Assembly: GCF_001194135.2 (NCBI RefSeq)
Contig: NC_068991.1
Span: forward strand, 21,535,964 to 21,572,856
Direction of reading: 5' to 3'
DNA: 36,893 bases
From: Octopus bimaculoides
Taxonomy: Eukaryota
Shown here: in pieces, positions 10,268 to 22,699 of the stretch
How positions within the stretch are numbered: position 1 is the first letter of the stretch
Layout: every line of letters starts with the position of its first letter
Position numbers and translations under genes: made by a program
Notes under the pieces: generated by a model
What the model was told of the DNA's origin: nothing
What the model saw: the letters and a program-made list of their open reading frames with translations, nothing else
The model's database searches: none

Positions 10268-11494
10268 CTAATAGAAAAAAACAGATTTTAAAAAATGGAA
10301 AAGAGAAGTGAAACAGTATTTTCTTAATGTTTTGCTAACAACATTTACTGCATGGCGATAACTCTATTGGGTAGAAGTAGTGCCTCTGTGGAGAGTGATC
10401 TAGTTTCCTTTGGAGCAAGTCAACCTTACAGAGCCCACCCCACTCGCCAACCTATATCAATCCTGACAGGAGTAACACTCAGTGTTGTCGTAAAATATTT
10501 GTCATTTGTAGTGCTCGAACTTCCCAATGATAAAAATTGCTTTTACTGTATGGAACCTTATTTAGCTTATTTACAGCTAGGTGGACCAGGATATTTGAAA
10601 ATTAGACCTCTCAGTCACACAGACACAATAGTACTGGTGACAGAAAATTAGCTGTTGGCGCCAAGAACCACGTTTTCCAGTATTTCATGGTCAAATGCAC
10701 TTCCTGATACCAACCCTGGCAGGTTTTCAAGTAAGGTAGTTTATTCTATGTCTTCACATGAACTACTGAGCTGTCAGACTTTTTGCTTATAAAGAACATA
10801 ATCAGCATATAATCATAATTATAAAGAATTATAATAATCATAATTATAAAGAACATAAATCACCACAAAGTGAACAGTGTCAAAACGAAGATAAATCACT
10901 ATAAACACACTCACACTCTCTCAGCCACATGGTTTCAGGTTCAGTCCCACTACATGGTACCTTAGGCAAGTGTCTTCTACTATAGCCTTGGGCTGACCAA
11001 AGCCTCATGAGTGGATTTGCTAGATAGAGACTGAAAGAAGCTTGTTGTATATGGGTGTGTGTCTTTGTGCCTATTTGTCCTCCACCACTACTTGACAACC
11101 AGTGTTGATTTGTTTACAGCCCCATGATTTAGTGGTTCAGCACAAACAGATGACAGACTAGGTACAAATAAGTACTGGGGTCAATTCATTCAACTAAAAG
11201 TTCTTCAAGGTGGTGCCCCAGCATGGCCGCAGTCAAATGACTGAAACAGATAAAAGATATATGAGCTTTCTTGAGTTTTCTCTGTTTCTATCAACCAAAT
11301 TTCATTCCCAAGGCATTTGCCAATACGTGGCTACAGTGGAAGTCATTTGTCTATGGTGTCTTGTAGTAGAATCGAACCTAAAACCATGTGGCTGTGAAGG
11401 AACATCTTAACTCCACAGCCATAAACAAAAATTAACATAAATATACTGAGTTGGGGAGCAAAAGATAGTAGCGATAGACAGCATCAAAGCTAAC

Positions 11495-11608
11495 CGTTTT
11501 CGGGCAGAGAGAAGATCATTTAAAATCTCAGGCAACAACCCTTTTCTTAAAGTGGACTTCACAAATAGGTTTCCAGAGGGTGTCTTGATGTATTGATCTG
11601 ATGTCAAA
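11495..11608 (-). CDS. POLD1: POLD1 coding exon ([38 protein letters not shown])
   Basis: 114 nt with TTACAG acceptor and GTTAGC donor. Confidence 0.97.
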
Positions 11609-12490
11609 CTGTAAAACAAAAAGAGTTAGAAGAATTGTGAATCAATGCATCATAATGGGTTGCATAACATTATTGTTATTTCTTTCAGGTTAGCAGAATC
11701 TAATGAAACAATATTTTCTTAATGCTTTGCTAATAATATTTACTGCATGGAGATGATGACAACTCTATTGGTTTAAAGTGCCTGATTTTCCTTTGAAGCA
11801 TCATCTGATGAAATACCCCTTTTTTAATTTTTTTAGTCAAGCAAGATTGCAGTGTCCAAGAACCTTTTACAAGACTGGTGGAAGAGAATGAAGTTGGCAG
11901 GGAGGTAGCCTTTGTGGGTTGAGGACACTCAAACCACAAACCTGACCCAAATGCTTGCAACAAAGGTATATGACATACCACACACACACACACACACACA
12001 CATGCAGGCATACACACACATGCACATACATGTGGGCATGCGCATGCACACACACACAAAGTAATGGCAAATAGTTGTCATTTCCAAATGCAAAAGTGGA
12101 GATGATGATAAACCTAACCAGAACAGATGCAGGCCACTATTAGTCCTTGAACCTATAGAAGCACAATATATTTGAGAGAGAAACAGATACAGGAGTTGCT
12201 AAGAGAATCTGCAATCCTTCACTCAAAGGCTTTAATACAGCACTGGATCACTCATCTCCTTGCTGAGTACATCCAACCTTGTTTTTTTGTCCTGTCTGGG
12301 TGTCCATCCACCCTCCACACACTAGGGTGAGAGCCTAGAGTGATTCTGCCAGTTTACTCGCTGACAACCCAACCATGAAACAAGTAGTACTGGTTTACAT
12401 AACTGCTAATAACAGATGTGACTTGAAAACACAAATACATATAAAATGAGTCACAAATAAAAACATATATATATGTAGTACATTATAATC

Positions 12491-12852
12491 TGTGAAGGCA
12501 CGTGGCTCAGTGGTTAGAACATCAAGCTCACAATCATGAGGTAGTGAGTTCGATTCTTGGACCGGACTGTGTGTTGTGTTCTTGAGCAAGACACTTTATT
12601 TCACGTTGTTCCAGTTCACTCAGTTATAAAATTGAGTTGCAATGTCACTGATACCATTCTGTATCAGCCTTTAACTTTCCCTGGGATAATATTGATGGCA
12701 TGGAGAGGGAAGGCTGGTAATGCATAGGAAACTGCTGGTCTTCCATAAACAACTTTGCCAGACATGTGCCTCAGAGGGTAACATTCTAGGTACAATTTGA
12801 TGGTCATTCATGACTGAAGGCGGGGGTGTCTCTACCCTTTTATCCTTTACTT
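12491..12852 (+). mobile_element. tRNA-derived SINE
   Basis: A box TGGCTCAGTGG and B box GTTCGATTC. 12-bp TSD TACATTATAATC at 12479-12490 and 12853-12864. Confidence 0.85.
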
Positions 12853-12969
12853 TACATTATAATCCATATACTATAAATATTTAATGTCTAGGGTATGACA
12901 TTAAACTGCATCAGGTAGTGTGACTCCAGTTCAGGAGTTCTGGAGTTGTGGGTAGTGTGGAGTCATCCT

Positions 12970-13174
12970 TTAACCCATTACTTTATCAAATGTAATGCTT
13001 ATCAATTTTAAAATTAATAATGTATTAGTTTGTATTCAAGATTTCAATGATGTGATTGTTTCTTTTAGAATGACATTACAGGGTAAGTGTGAGAGGCTAG
13101 ATTTGACCAGTTTGAACATAAAACAGGCAGAATATTTCCACTGGATATGGCCAGTTAAAATGCTAAAGGGTTAA
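12970..13174. mobile_element. TTAA-flanked MITE family A
   Basis: TTAACCC...AATGCTAAAGGGTTAA; internal sequence homologous to 5195-5422. Confidence 0.8.
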
Positions 13175-13853
13175 CTACCATACCCACCATGTCTGTTCCT
13201 TGAATGGTAGTACTTGTCAGGGTCCTATCTTTGAGACCCTGATAGGTACTATCATTCCCAATCAGAACACAGATTTTTAAGAGGTAGAGAAAGCTCCCAT
13301 TATTTTTGGCTAAGTCATGGAGAAAGCTGCTATTCTAGGAGAAAGATACTCTGGCATAAAACTAGCAGTCAAAATAGTAACAGCCATCTTGCAATGCTGG
13401 TCACTGGAACCTTCTATGATGACCAAGAGTGTGGAAAGAGTACTGTACAAGCATTTGTCACTAAAATCCAGTGACATACAGTTGTTTCACTATCATTTCA
13501 TTTCTTGATCTATTTTGTAGTTTACTAAGTCTTATGGTGAAGAATGCATGGCAATGTGTGCAGGGAGCTGGCAGAGTCGTTAAAACACCGAGCAAAATGC
13601 TTAGCAGCACTTCATCTGTCCACCTAGGTCAGTTTTGCCTTTCATCTGTTTCAGGGTAAATAAAATAAATACCAGTTGAACACTGGAGTAGATGTAATCA
13701 ACTTACCCACTTTCCTGAAATTTGAAACTAAGGTGCATAAGTCATATCCATACACATGCAAGGAGGTAAAACAGAACAATCAGGCTAAAAGTTATAGCTA
13801 TCCTCTAACAAGATGAGGCAACCATCATAAATATATAATATATATATATATAT

Positions 13854-14304
13854 GCATAGGAGTGGCTGTGTGGTAAGTAGCTTGCTTACCAACCACATGG
13901 TCCCGGGTTCAGTCCCACTGCGTGGCATCTTGGGCAAGTGTCTTCTACTATAGCCTCGGGCCGACCAAAGCCTTGTGAGTGGATTTGGTAGACGGAAACT
14001 GAAAGAAGCCTGTCGTATATATGTATATATATATATATGTGTGTGTGTGTATGTGTTTGTATNNNNNNNNNNATATATGTGTGTGTGTGTATGTGTTTGT
14101 ATGTCTGTGTTTGTCCCCCAACATCGCTTGACAACCGATGCTGGTGTGTTTATGTCCCCGTAACTTAGCGGTTCGGCAAAAGAGACTGATAGAATAAGTA
14201 CTAGGTTTCCAAAGAATAAGTCCTGGGGTCGATTTGCTCGACTAAAGGCGGTGCTCCAGCATGGCCACAGTCAAAAGACTGAAACAAGTAAAAGAGTAAA
14301 AGAG
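13854..14304 (+). mobile_element. tRNA-like SINE (same family as 7605-7995)
   Basis: High identity to 7605-7995; interrupted by a 10-N gap in the internal microsatellite. Confidence 0.85.
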
Positions 14305-14370
14305 TATATATATATAAAACAATATACACACACACATATATATATTATAAAACAATACATACATACATAC

Positions 14371-14402
<32 letters not shown>

Positions 14403-14428
14403 TCCAAACAATACACACACAGACTTAC

Positions 14429-14545
14429 CCCAAATTTTTTATTGTGTTCTGATTTAGCAATGTGGTATAACACAAGTTGTGTGCAATCATGATGGATGGG
14501 TACAGTGATGAGAAATCAAGGGTAGCAATGGGAAAGCTGTAGTAA
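14429..14545 (-). CDS. POLD1: POLD1 coding exon with motif A ([30 protein letters not shown]...)
   Basis: 117 nt with TGCAG acceptor and GTAAGT donor. Confidence 0.98.
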
Positions 14546-14627
14546 CTGCAATGCACAATGAACAAAATAAATATGTTTAGATGCATATGATGTATGTGCA
14601 CATGTATTGGTTTATACAATTGTTCAT

Positions 14628-15263
14628 TTAACCCTTTTAATATCAACCTGCGCGAGACCACCCTAATTTTATGATACAAATTTTTTGTTTTTGTTTTAAA
14701 CTGATCTAAAAACCTTCCATCAAAACTTCATGTTCATTTACGTTCCAAACATCAGCTCCATAATGATAAAGATATCTTAGTAAATTCTTCATAAATTTCA
14801 AAATTAACTGAAACAAAAGCAGAAATATGGTAAACAAGAGTTAACCCTTTCAATACAAACCTGTCTAAGTCTGCTCTTGGTTCTATGATACAGGTTTCTT
14901 GTTTTAACTCTTTAGTACTCAGATTTCTACGTGAAATGTATTGCTTATTTATTCATATTACTTTGAATTAATCATGAATTATCTCACTGTTTTGAGATAT
15001 CATTGACATTGTAGAGTAGGTGTGAAAGGCTGGATCTGGCCAGTTTGAACATAAAGCAGGTACAATATTTCAGCTGGATATGACCAGTTTAAATGCTAGA
15101 GGGTTAATGTGATATAAACTAAAACCTTTCATATTAATCTTTGTTCCAAGCCCCGGCTTAATAATAACAGAGTTATTTTAGTAAATTCTTCATGAAATTT
15201 CAAAATTACTTACAACAAAGCCAGTACATTTTAACAAAGATACAGTAAACAATAAAGGGTATA
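14628..15263. mobile_element. Stack of TTAA-flanked MITEs (family B 14628-14844; family B 14841-15263 containing family A 14904-15107)
   Basis: TTAACCCTTTT starts, AAGAG/AAAGGG-TTAA-like ends, and a shared TTAA at 14841-14844. Confidence 0.7.
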
Positions 15264-15606
15264 AAAATCACACAGAAAATGTTAAATTCGTTTCGCATAT
15301 ACTTCTTGAAGTGTCAAAACTTTTGTTGCACAACTACAACTTGACCACTAACATAGTTCGACTGTAACAATTCTGTCCACAAAATAGTATAAAGCAAGTG
15401 CTGATATACTTCACAAGGCAAATATAATAACTTAACCTTTTTGGTACTAATTCATTTGAGACTGCCTTTGATTCTATGATAAAAAGCCTCCTATTTGTAA
15501 GTCCTTTAAATTAAAACCTTCCATTAAAATACTATGTTAATCTATGTTCTAAACATCAGTTTAATATTAACTGAATCAGAGCCAATGTGTTTCAACAAAA
15601 ATATGA

Positions 15607-16034
15607 CAGTGGTTCTGAACCGTTTTATTGAAGTGTCCCACTTTTAAGTATTTATTATGCCTATCTTCCCCGCTTTTTTAAGTAGTTATGCCTAGTGCCC
15701 ACTTAAGTTGCAAATGTGGTATCACAACTAAACTGACTTAACATGGATGATAGTTTATAAATTTTACTCTAAAAACGAATTGTATAAGCTTTTAACATTG
15801 AACTGAGGAGAAATTAACAAAAACAAAAGTTGTAAATTTATACATTTACACAATTTATACAATTTAATGACTTCCCTGTGCCTGATAAGGTCTCGTTTTA
15901 TTTTAATAACCATTACTAATCATTATCATGTATAATATAATTACTACTATAGGTAAAATTTAGTATGTTAACTCACAGCCCCCTAAAGCCTCATGTCCCT
16001 TTTGACATGCCCAGTACCCTCATTGAGACCCTCT
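15607..16034. mobile_element. Probable hAT-type MITE remnant
   Basis: Starts CAGTGGTTCTGAACC and ends in a degenerate TTGAGACCCTCT. A related 3' end TGAGAACCACTG lies at about 218-229. Confidence 0.4.
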
Positions 16035-16346
16035 AAAATATGGTTAAAAAGGGTTAAATTAATCAAGAGAAGAGAGAAAAGGGGCCACTCAAAAGCAAAT
16101 GATATAGTAAGTACTTAACATAGTAAACACAATAACTTAAATACATCAAGACTAGGTGTCTAACAGGGAAGGGACACAATTAAAAACCAAAAATTATATA
16201 TCATTTAAAATTAAAATTAAGCAATATGGTGATGGATAAAAATAGTCTGATCTTTGTCAGACACAGTGACAACTCAGGAGATGTTTCAGTCTTATTAAAC
16301 TTCCTCAGTGAAGCAAAGTCATTCATGTATCTTCTTAAAATATATA

Positions 16347-16514
16347 CTCTCTGAGTGGTTGGCGTTAGGAAGGGCATCCAGCTGTAGAAACTCTGCCAAA
16401 TTTAGATTGGAGCCTGGTGTTGCCATCCGGTTTCACCAGTCCTCAGTCAAATCGTCCAACCCATGCTAGCATGGAAAGTGGACGTTAAACGATGATGATG
16501 ATGATGATGATGAT
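16347..16514 (+). mobile_element. RTE-type LINE/SINE 3' tail ending in (GAT)n
   Basis: GGCGTTAGGAAGGGCATCCAGCTGTAGAAAC...GGACGTTAAAC(GAT)n. Many copies occur in the opposite orientation (e.g. 4480-4600, 21480-21610, 25110-25340, 32630-32810, 36836-36893). Confidence 0.75.
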
Positions 16515-16680
16515 ATTAGCAACAGAAGCAGTATTAATACTGAGAGGTAATATTTATCCCCACAGATCATTTGTCACTAACATATTTTTTCACAGAACAT
16601 CCACAACATAACTTCAACATCACCACAGCAGCATGACATGACATGACATGACAAAGGATGAATTAATGATGCTAACTCAC

Positions 16681-16769
16681 CCTTTGGTAGGTTCAATGAC
16701 AGTAGCTCCTTCATACTCATCACCAGTTGTCATTTTCTGTACAGGTAACAACAAGTCTTGTTCTCTACA
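16681..16769 (-). CDS. POLD1: POLD1 coding exon (CREQDLLLPVQKMTTGDEYEGATVIEPTKG)
   Basis: 89 nt with CACAG acceptor and GTGAGT donor. Contains Y.GATVIEP. Confidence 0.96.
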
Positions 16770-17035
16770 CTGTGAACCAAAACAATGGATTACATAAACA
16801 GGACATTTTCAATAATAATAATAATGCTTTCTACTAAAGACACAAAGCCTGAAATTTGGGGGTAAGGGGTTAATTGATTACATTGACACTTGGTACTTAT
16901 TTTATCAACCATGAAAGGGTGAAAGGTACAAGTCGACCTCAGTGAAATTTGAACTCACAATGTAAAGACAGAGAAAATGTTACTAAGCATTTTGTCCAGC
17001 ATGCTAATGAATCAGCCAGTTTGCCACCTTGATAT

Positions 17036-17072
<37 letters not shown>

Positions 17073-17704
17073 NNNNNNNNNNNNNNNNNNNNNNNNNNNN
17101 NNNNNNNNNNNNNNNNNNNNNNNNNNNNNNNNNNNNNNNNNNNNNNNNNNNNNNNNNNNNNNNNNNNNNNNNNNNNNNNNNNNNNNNNNNNNNNNNNNNN
17201 NNNNNNNNNNNNNNNNNNNNNNNNNNNNNNNNNNNNNNNNNNNNNNNNNNNNNNNNNNNNNNNNNNNNNNNNNNNNNNNNNNNNNNNNNNATATATATAT
17301 GATAATAATAATAATAATAATAATCCTTTCTACAATAGGCACAGGGCCTGAAATTTGGTGGGGAAGGAGTCTACTCAATTATATTGACCCCACCCCCCAC
17401 TCCCAGTATATGATGGTACTCATTTTATCAACCTGGTAAAGATGAAAGACAAAGTTGACCTCAATGGAATCTGAGTTAAATGTAAAGACAGGCAAAGTGC
17501 TGCTAAGTGTTTTGTCTGGCATAGTAACAATTGCTACCTTAATAATAACAATAATAATCCTTTCTATAGGTACAAAGCCAGTAATATTAGGAGGAGGAGT
17601 TAAGTTGATCACATCCACACCTGTACTTGACCAGAATTTATTTTTAACAACACCAGATGGATAAAAGGGCAAAGACGACCTCAGGATTTGAGCTCGGAAT
17701 GCAA

Positions 17705-18314
17705 ATAGGTGCAGAAGCGTTACCATGTTGTTTGTGGCAAGAAACTCAAAAGTGAGAACTCAATGATAGGGTGCACTGTCGTAGTGAAGATTCCAATTCT
17801 TCACACTCTACAGATCCAGTCACTTTTTCCGAATGTAGCCCCTTCAAATGCTTCAAAACATCACAAGAGAACTCTTGATTGATGGTTGGCGCTGGGGGAC
17901 AAACTCTCAATGCACAATATCACATTTCTGGCGGTCACGCTCATAACCGGTCTTCCAGATCACTCACCGTTTTCCGGGGACATTCTTCTGCTTTTGAAGC
18001 ACCCATGCCACTTGAAACATTGCCTCATCACTGTAAGCTTGCTGAAACATGCTCAGTGTCTCTGTAGCAGACTTCCTAAGTTTAACACAAAATTTCACGC
18101 TGGCTCTTTGTGCCTGTCCTTGACAAAATTGCAAACTACAGCAAACATGTGATCACAAAAACACAAATTTCACAACTTGCAAATAAACACAGCAATGTCA
18201 CCCAGCACTCTACCTCATGAAGGGCACTAATAGCTCTCAGTGCACAGAAAAATGTGTGCTGTCATTTGTTGGCGCACTACATAACTAGTCCCGAAACTTT
18301 TTGATACCACCTCA
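17705..18314 (-). mobile_element. Internally deleted mariner element
   Basis: Left TIR TA|TGAGGTGGTATCAAAAAGTTTCGGGACT on the minus strand. Frameshifted remnants of VKFCVKL.KSATETLSMFQQAY and of the catalytic FVP...INQEF and HYDSAP segments. Confidence 0.8.
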
Positions 18315-18340
18315 TAGTGATCCAGAATGGTTGCAGACCA

Positions 18341-18582
18341 TTCGCCAAACGGCAGCGAGCTGGCAGAATCGTTAGCGCACCGGGCGTAATGCTTAGCGAT
18401 ATTTCGTCTACCGTTACGTTCTGAGTTCAAATTCCGCCGAGGTTTACTTTGCCTTTCATCCTTTCGGGGTCGATAAATTAAGTACCAGTTATGTACTGGG
18501 GTCGATGTAATCGACTTAATCCCTGTGTCTGTCCTTGTTTGTCCCCCTCTATGTTTAGCCCCTTGTGGGCAATAAGAAAATA
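18341..18582 (+). mobile_element. Young SINE (GAGCTGGCAGAATCGTTAGC family)
   Basis: Perfect 17-bp TSD AGAATGGTTGCAGACCA at 18324-18340 and 18583-18599. CpG-rich. Degenerate relatives near 13550-13720, 16850-17030, 17330-17700 and 23870-24700. Confidence 0.88.
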
Positions 18583-18690
18583 AGAATGGTTGCAGACCAA
18601 TGATTCAAACCAATAAAAGAGAGATAACAAACATGAAAACTATAATGAAACACTGAAAATATTGTAAAAAGAAGGGTGCATAGCTCTTAC

Positions 18691-19112
<422 letters not shown>

Positions 19113-19423
19113 CTACAAACACAGAGATAAACAAATGTTATTAACAACGCCTAACACAGCTCAACTCAGAAAATACTTCTACTACTCAGAAAATATACTC
19201 AAAGTCAACTGAAATATCTTTTATTTTTTACTTGTTTCAGTCATTAGACTGTGGCCATGCTGGGGCAATGCCTTGAAGAATCTTAGTCGATTGAATTGAC
19301 CTCGGTACTTTTCTTTCTTTTTAAGCCTGTTATTTATTCTATTGATCTCTTCTTAACCATACATCCAAGCCTGTACCCACAGCCATGCTTGAGTGCATAA
19401 AAAGAAAAAAATAAATAACCAAC

Positions 19424-19669
19424 CTGTAACAAGTCAAACATAACTCGTCCTTCAATGTTAATGATTTTGTTCTCTCGCTTTCCCATCTGTTTGCTTTGTA
19501 TTGTTGATTCTTTTATCACAGACCTTTGGTTACGGATCCGTCCGAGGAATGGAAAGTTTGTCACATCTAGATGCTTTGCTCGATTGATAAGATATGGGAA
19601 GTCAAAGTTCTGAATGTTATAACCTGTTACGATGTCTGGATCGACAGAACGAATGAAACTGGACCAATT
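19424..19669 (-). CDS. POLD1: POLD1 coding exon with Exo II (DPDIVTGYNIQNFDFPYL...GRVMFDLLQ)
   Basis: 246 nt with TTTCAG acceptor and GTTGGT donor. Confidence 0.98.
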
Positions 19670-20090
19670 CTGAAAGGAAAGCACAAAAATAACATAATTA
19701 AAGAGACTTGAAAGAACATCTTAAAGAACATCCCTATACATCACCTCAAAAAATATGACACTACAACTCTTCAAAGAAGGTTTTAAAACAGGAGACAAAA
19801 AGTAGATATATGTATGAAGTAAAGAAAGTCCGAACAGTACACAGAATAAAACAATAAATGAGAAAAGTAAACATGAAAAGAGTTACAAAACATAAGGGTG
19901 AATAAGCACATCCAAAGTATCATTACCATCATCATTTTAACGTCCACTTTTCTATACTGGCATGGAGTGGATGGATTTTATTGAGGCAGATATCCTATGG
20001 CTGAATGTCTTTCCTATTGCCAACCCTCACTTATTTCCAAGCAAGATAATATTCACTATGGCCAGGCATATTTTTGTCTCTTTAAATATA

Positions 20091-20790
20091 CAGTACCATG
20101 CAAAAGTCTTCAGCCACTTCAAACTATTGTAAATTTCTACTAATTGCCAACGTATAAGTGGATGTTTCGCATTGTGTTTTTTACAGATGAAATATTGGCC
20201 TCATTGGAGTCATTTCCATACCTAATCATTATATTTTGTAGTAGGGGTTCTGAATGAGAGGGAAAGATGCAAGACGACCACCAAAAATGGCTGTGCAAAA
20301 GTTTTCGGCCACCTCACATAAACCAATCAAGATACAGTGTTCTAAAACAGAAAAATGTCTATAATGGAAATTTATTACATAATGTTCATTTCAAGTTTCT
20401 AATAAGTGAGAATTTGACACAAGGTCTCTAGGAAAGCAAAACAACCCATGTTACACAACAAAAACAGTGAAGTTTGGGAGTAAGAGTCTGACGCTTTGGG
20501 GATACATAAAAAGTGATGGTTCAAGAAAGTTGGTTAAAATTGACAATAACTTGAATAGTACCAAATACAACCAGTTGCTGAAGGACAATTTGATATCAGA
20601 CTCGGGTGAAGGTGAAATTTTTCAGCATGACAGAGCTCCATGCCACAAATCGTGTGCAACACAACAGAGTCTGGCTGATGAAGGTGTTACCGTATTGAAA
20701 GATTGGCCAGCTCAAATCCCAGACTTAAATATCATCAAGCAAATGTGGACAGAACTAAAGTGAAGAGTTTGTCAGAAGAATTCATGTAAT
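20091..20790 (+). mobile_element. Tc1-like (DD34E) transposon remnant
   Basis: TA|CAGT...CAAAAGT terminus. ORF 20467-20763: VKFG...LTLWG...IFQHDRAPCH...DWPAQIPDLNIIKQMW, with the catalytic E replaced by K. Confidence 0.85.
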
Positions 20791-20809
20791 TTTGTAAGCT
20801 AATTATTAC

Positions 20810-20843
<34 letters not shown>

Positions 20844-21242
20844 ATATATATATATACATACATACATACATACATAAATATATACAACAGGCTTCTTTCA
20901 GTTTCTGTCAACCAAATCCACTTACAAGGCTTTAGTTAGACTGAGGCTATAGTAGAAGACGCTTTCTCAAGGTGGCATGCAGTGGAACTGAACCCAGAAC
21001 CATGTGGTTGGGAAGCAAACTTCTTACCACACAGCCATGCCTGCACCTGTATATTTTGATGAGGAATATAGTCGCACAAGGGGTTGCATATTTACAAACT
21101 CATCTTGCTATTTGCTCTCTTGCTCATGTTAAATATACTTGAGATCCCTCCCTAATTACAGTGAGGGGAGGGGAAGAAATTCCCTCCAACATATATGACA
21201 AAGCTGTATGTGTAACAACAGCACTAAGTGAAGGGTACTTAC

Positions 21243-21409
21243 TTTGAGCAACTCCTTTTCTGAATCATAAGACAGAACCTGGGCCCCTATCACTGGTGCA
21301 CACTTCTTCAGCGTGTAGACGTTGCGTATAAAGGGTTCCGACTTGCCTTGCCTCACTACCATGTTGGCTATCTGGATGACAGGGTCCTTATCAGCTTCTG
21401 GAAATATAC
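21243..21409 (-). CDS. POLD1: POLD1 coding exon (IFPEADKDPVIQIAN...SEKELLK)
   Basis: 167 nt with GCCAG acceptor and GTAAGT donor. Contains the conserved FPE...DPVIQI motif. Confidence 0.98.
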
Positions 21410-21609
21410 CTGGCAAACAACAAAGACAAAAAGATAAAACAGGAGAAGGGAATTGAGTGGTGTGTTACCTTTAGTCATCATCATCGTTGCTGTCATTATT
21501 TTATGTCCATTTTCTATGCTGGCATGGGTTGGACAGTTTGACAGGAGCTGGCTAGGTAGAAGGCTGCACCAGGCTTCACTGTCTGATTTGGCTGGGTTTT
21601 TACAGCTGA

Positions 21610-21940
21610 CCACTTTACAGAATATCACTACTGACATCTTCATTAGAAACGTCATCTTCATCAACAACATCATCATCATCATCACCGTTATCAGCAACAT
21701 CACTGTCACCACTATTACCATTACAGCAATTACCTCTACTTTCACCATCACCACCACAACAACAACAATCATCACTATCACCATTGCCAAGTTGCCATGG
21801 CCATTGTTAATATCATCATCAACATCAAAGTCATAATCAATATGATTGCCATAATCACCATTGTCATGTTGCTATGGTTACTGTCAGCAAGACCAGCATC
21901 AGCAGCATCACAGTAATCATGATCAACATCATCATCATCC
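21610..21940. repeat. Degenerate (CAT/CAC/CAA)n trinucleotide low-complexity tract
   Basis: Imperfect ATC/ACC/AAC repeats that produce spurious I/T-rich and M/V-rich ORFs. Confidence 0.85.
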
Positions 21941-22447
21941 AAGCTTTCTCAGACATTTTTAACCTGCATACACCATCCATCTCAGTCCTGCATTAGTTGC
22001 AGGAGGTCTTTGGGGAGGCACACAGTATCTCTGGTCAGTCAATCTAACATACAGAGGATCAACATGAACAATCATAAACAAAGATATTTTACATAATGTA
22101 GTCCTTAGATATCCTTAAAAAAACATGGATGGTCATGGCTGGAATGCATTTCCATCAAGGGTTTACATAAACAGGGCTGACCGAAGGTTAAACAACAGGA
22201 TTATTGTAGAGCCAAGTCTACAATAATGAAAGTCTACCAAATCTATGATTTTAAAGTGGACACTATTATTATGATGATATATAACATCATTATTATTTAA
22301 TATCCATCTTCCATGCTGGTATAGATTGGATGGTATATACATACATATATATGTCATCAGCATTTGCTGTTTGATTAAATTATGTTACCCAAAATCTCAA
22401 AAGAATATTTTTCTCCCTCGTGTTCTGTCCTTGACCAGCCTAATTCT

Positions 22448-22494
<47 letters not shown>

Positions 22495-22699
22495 CGATAA
22501 AGGCTTAATGCCATCCCCACCTCTACTTAGAGTTTATCTCCTATGTAAGGTAGTGATCATGTAGCGCATAAAAATGATGGTGTAGTGTATGCAGGTTGAA
22601 GGCTATTGTTTGTATATGAATTCTGCCAAATGTAAGCTTTCTTTTCAGGTACATGATGCTGCTGTTCCCCATCCCAGGGTCTCATGGGGCCCACACCTC

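Noticed and set aside
11753-11808. C/D-box-like arrangement ATGATGA...CTGA...CTGA
   Set aside because: It is on the strand opposite the host gene, there is no convincing terminal stem or rRNA complement, and the paralogous copy at 10310-10420 lacks the boxes.
12491-12565. tRNA-like A and B boxes (also at 7605, 13854 and 18350)
   Set aside because: These are SINE heads followed by family-specific bodies and TSDs; no complete cloverleaf is evident.
21368-21836. Hydrophobic 127-140 aa ORFs on both strands resembling membrane proteins
   Set aside because: They are translations of a degenerate (CAT/CAC)n tract plus a retroelement tail.
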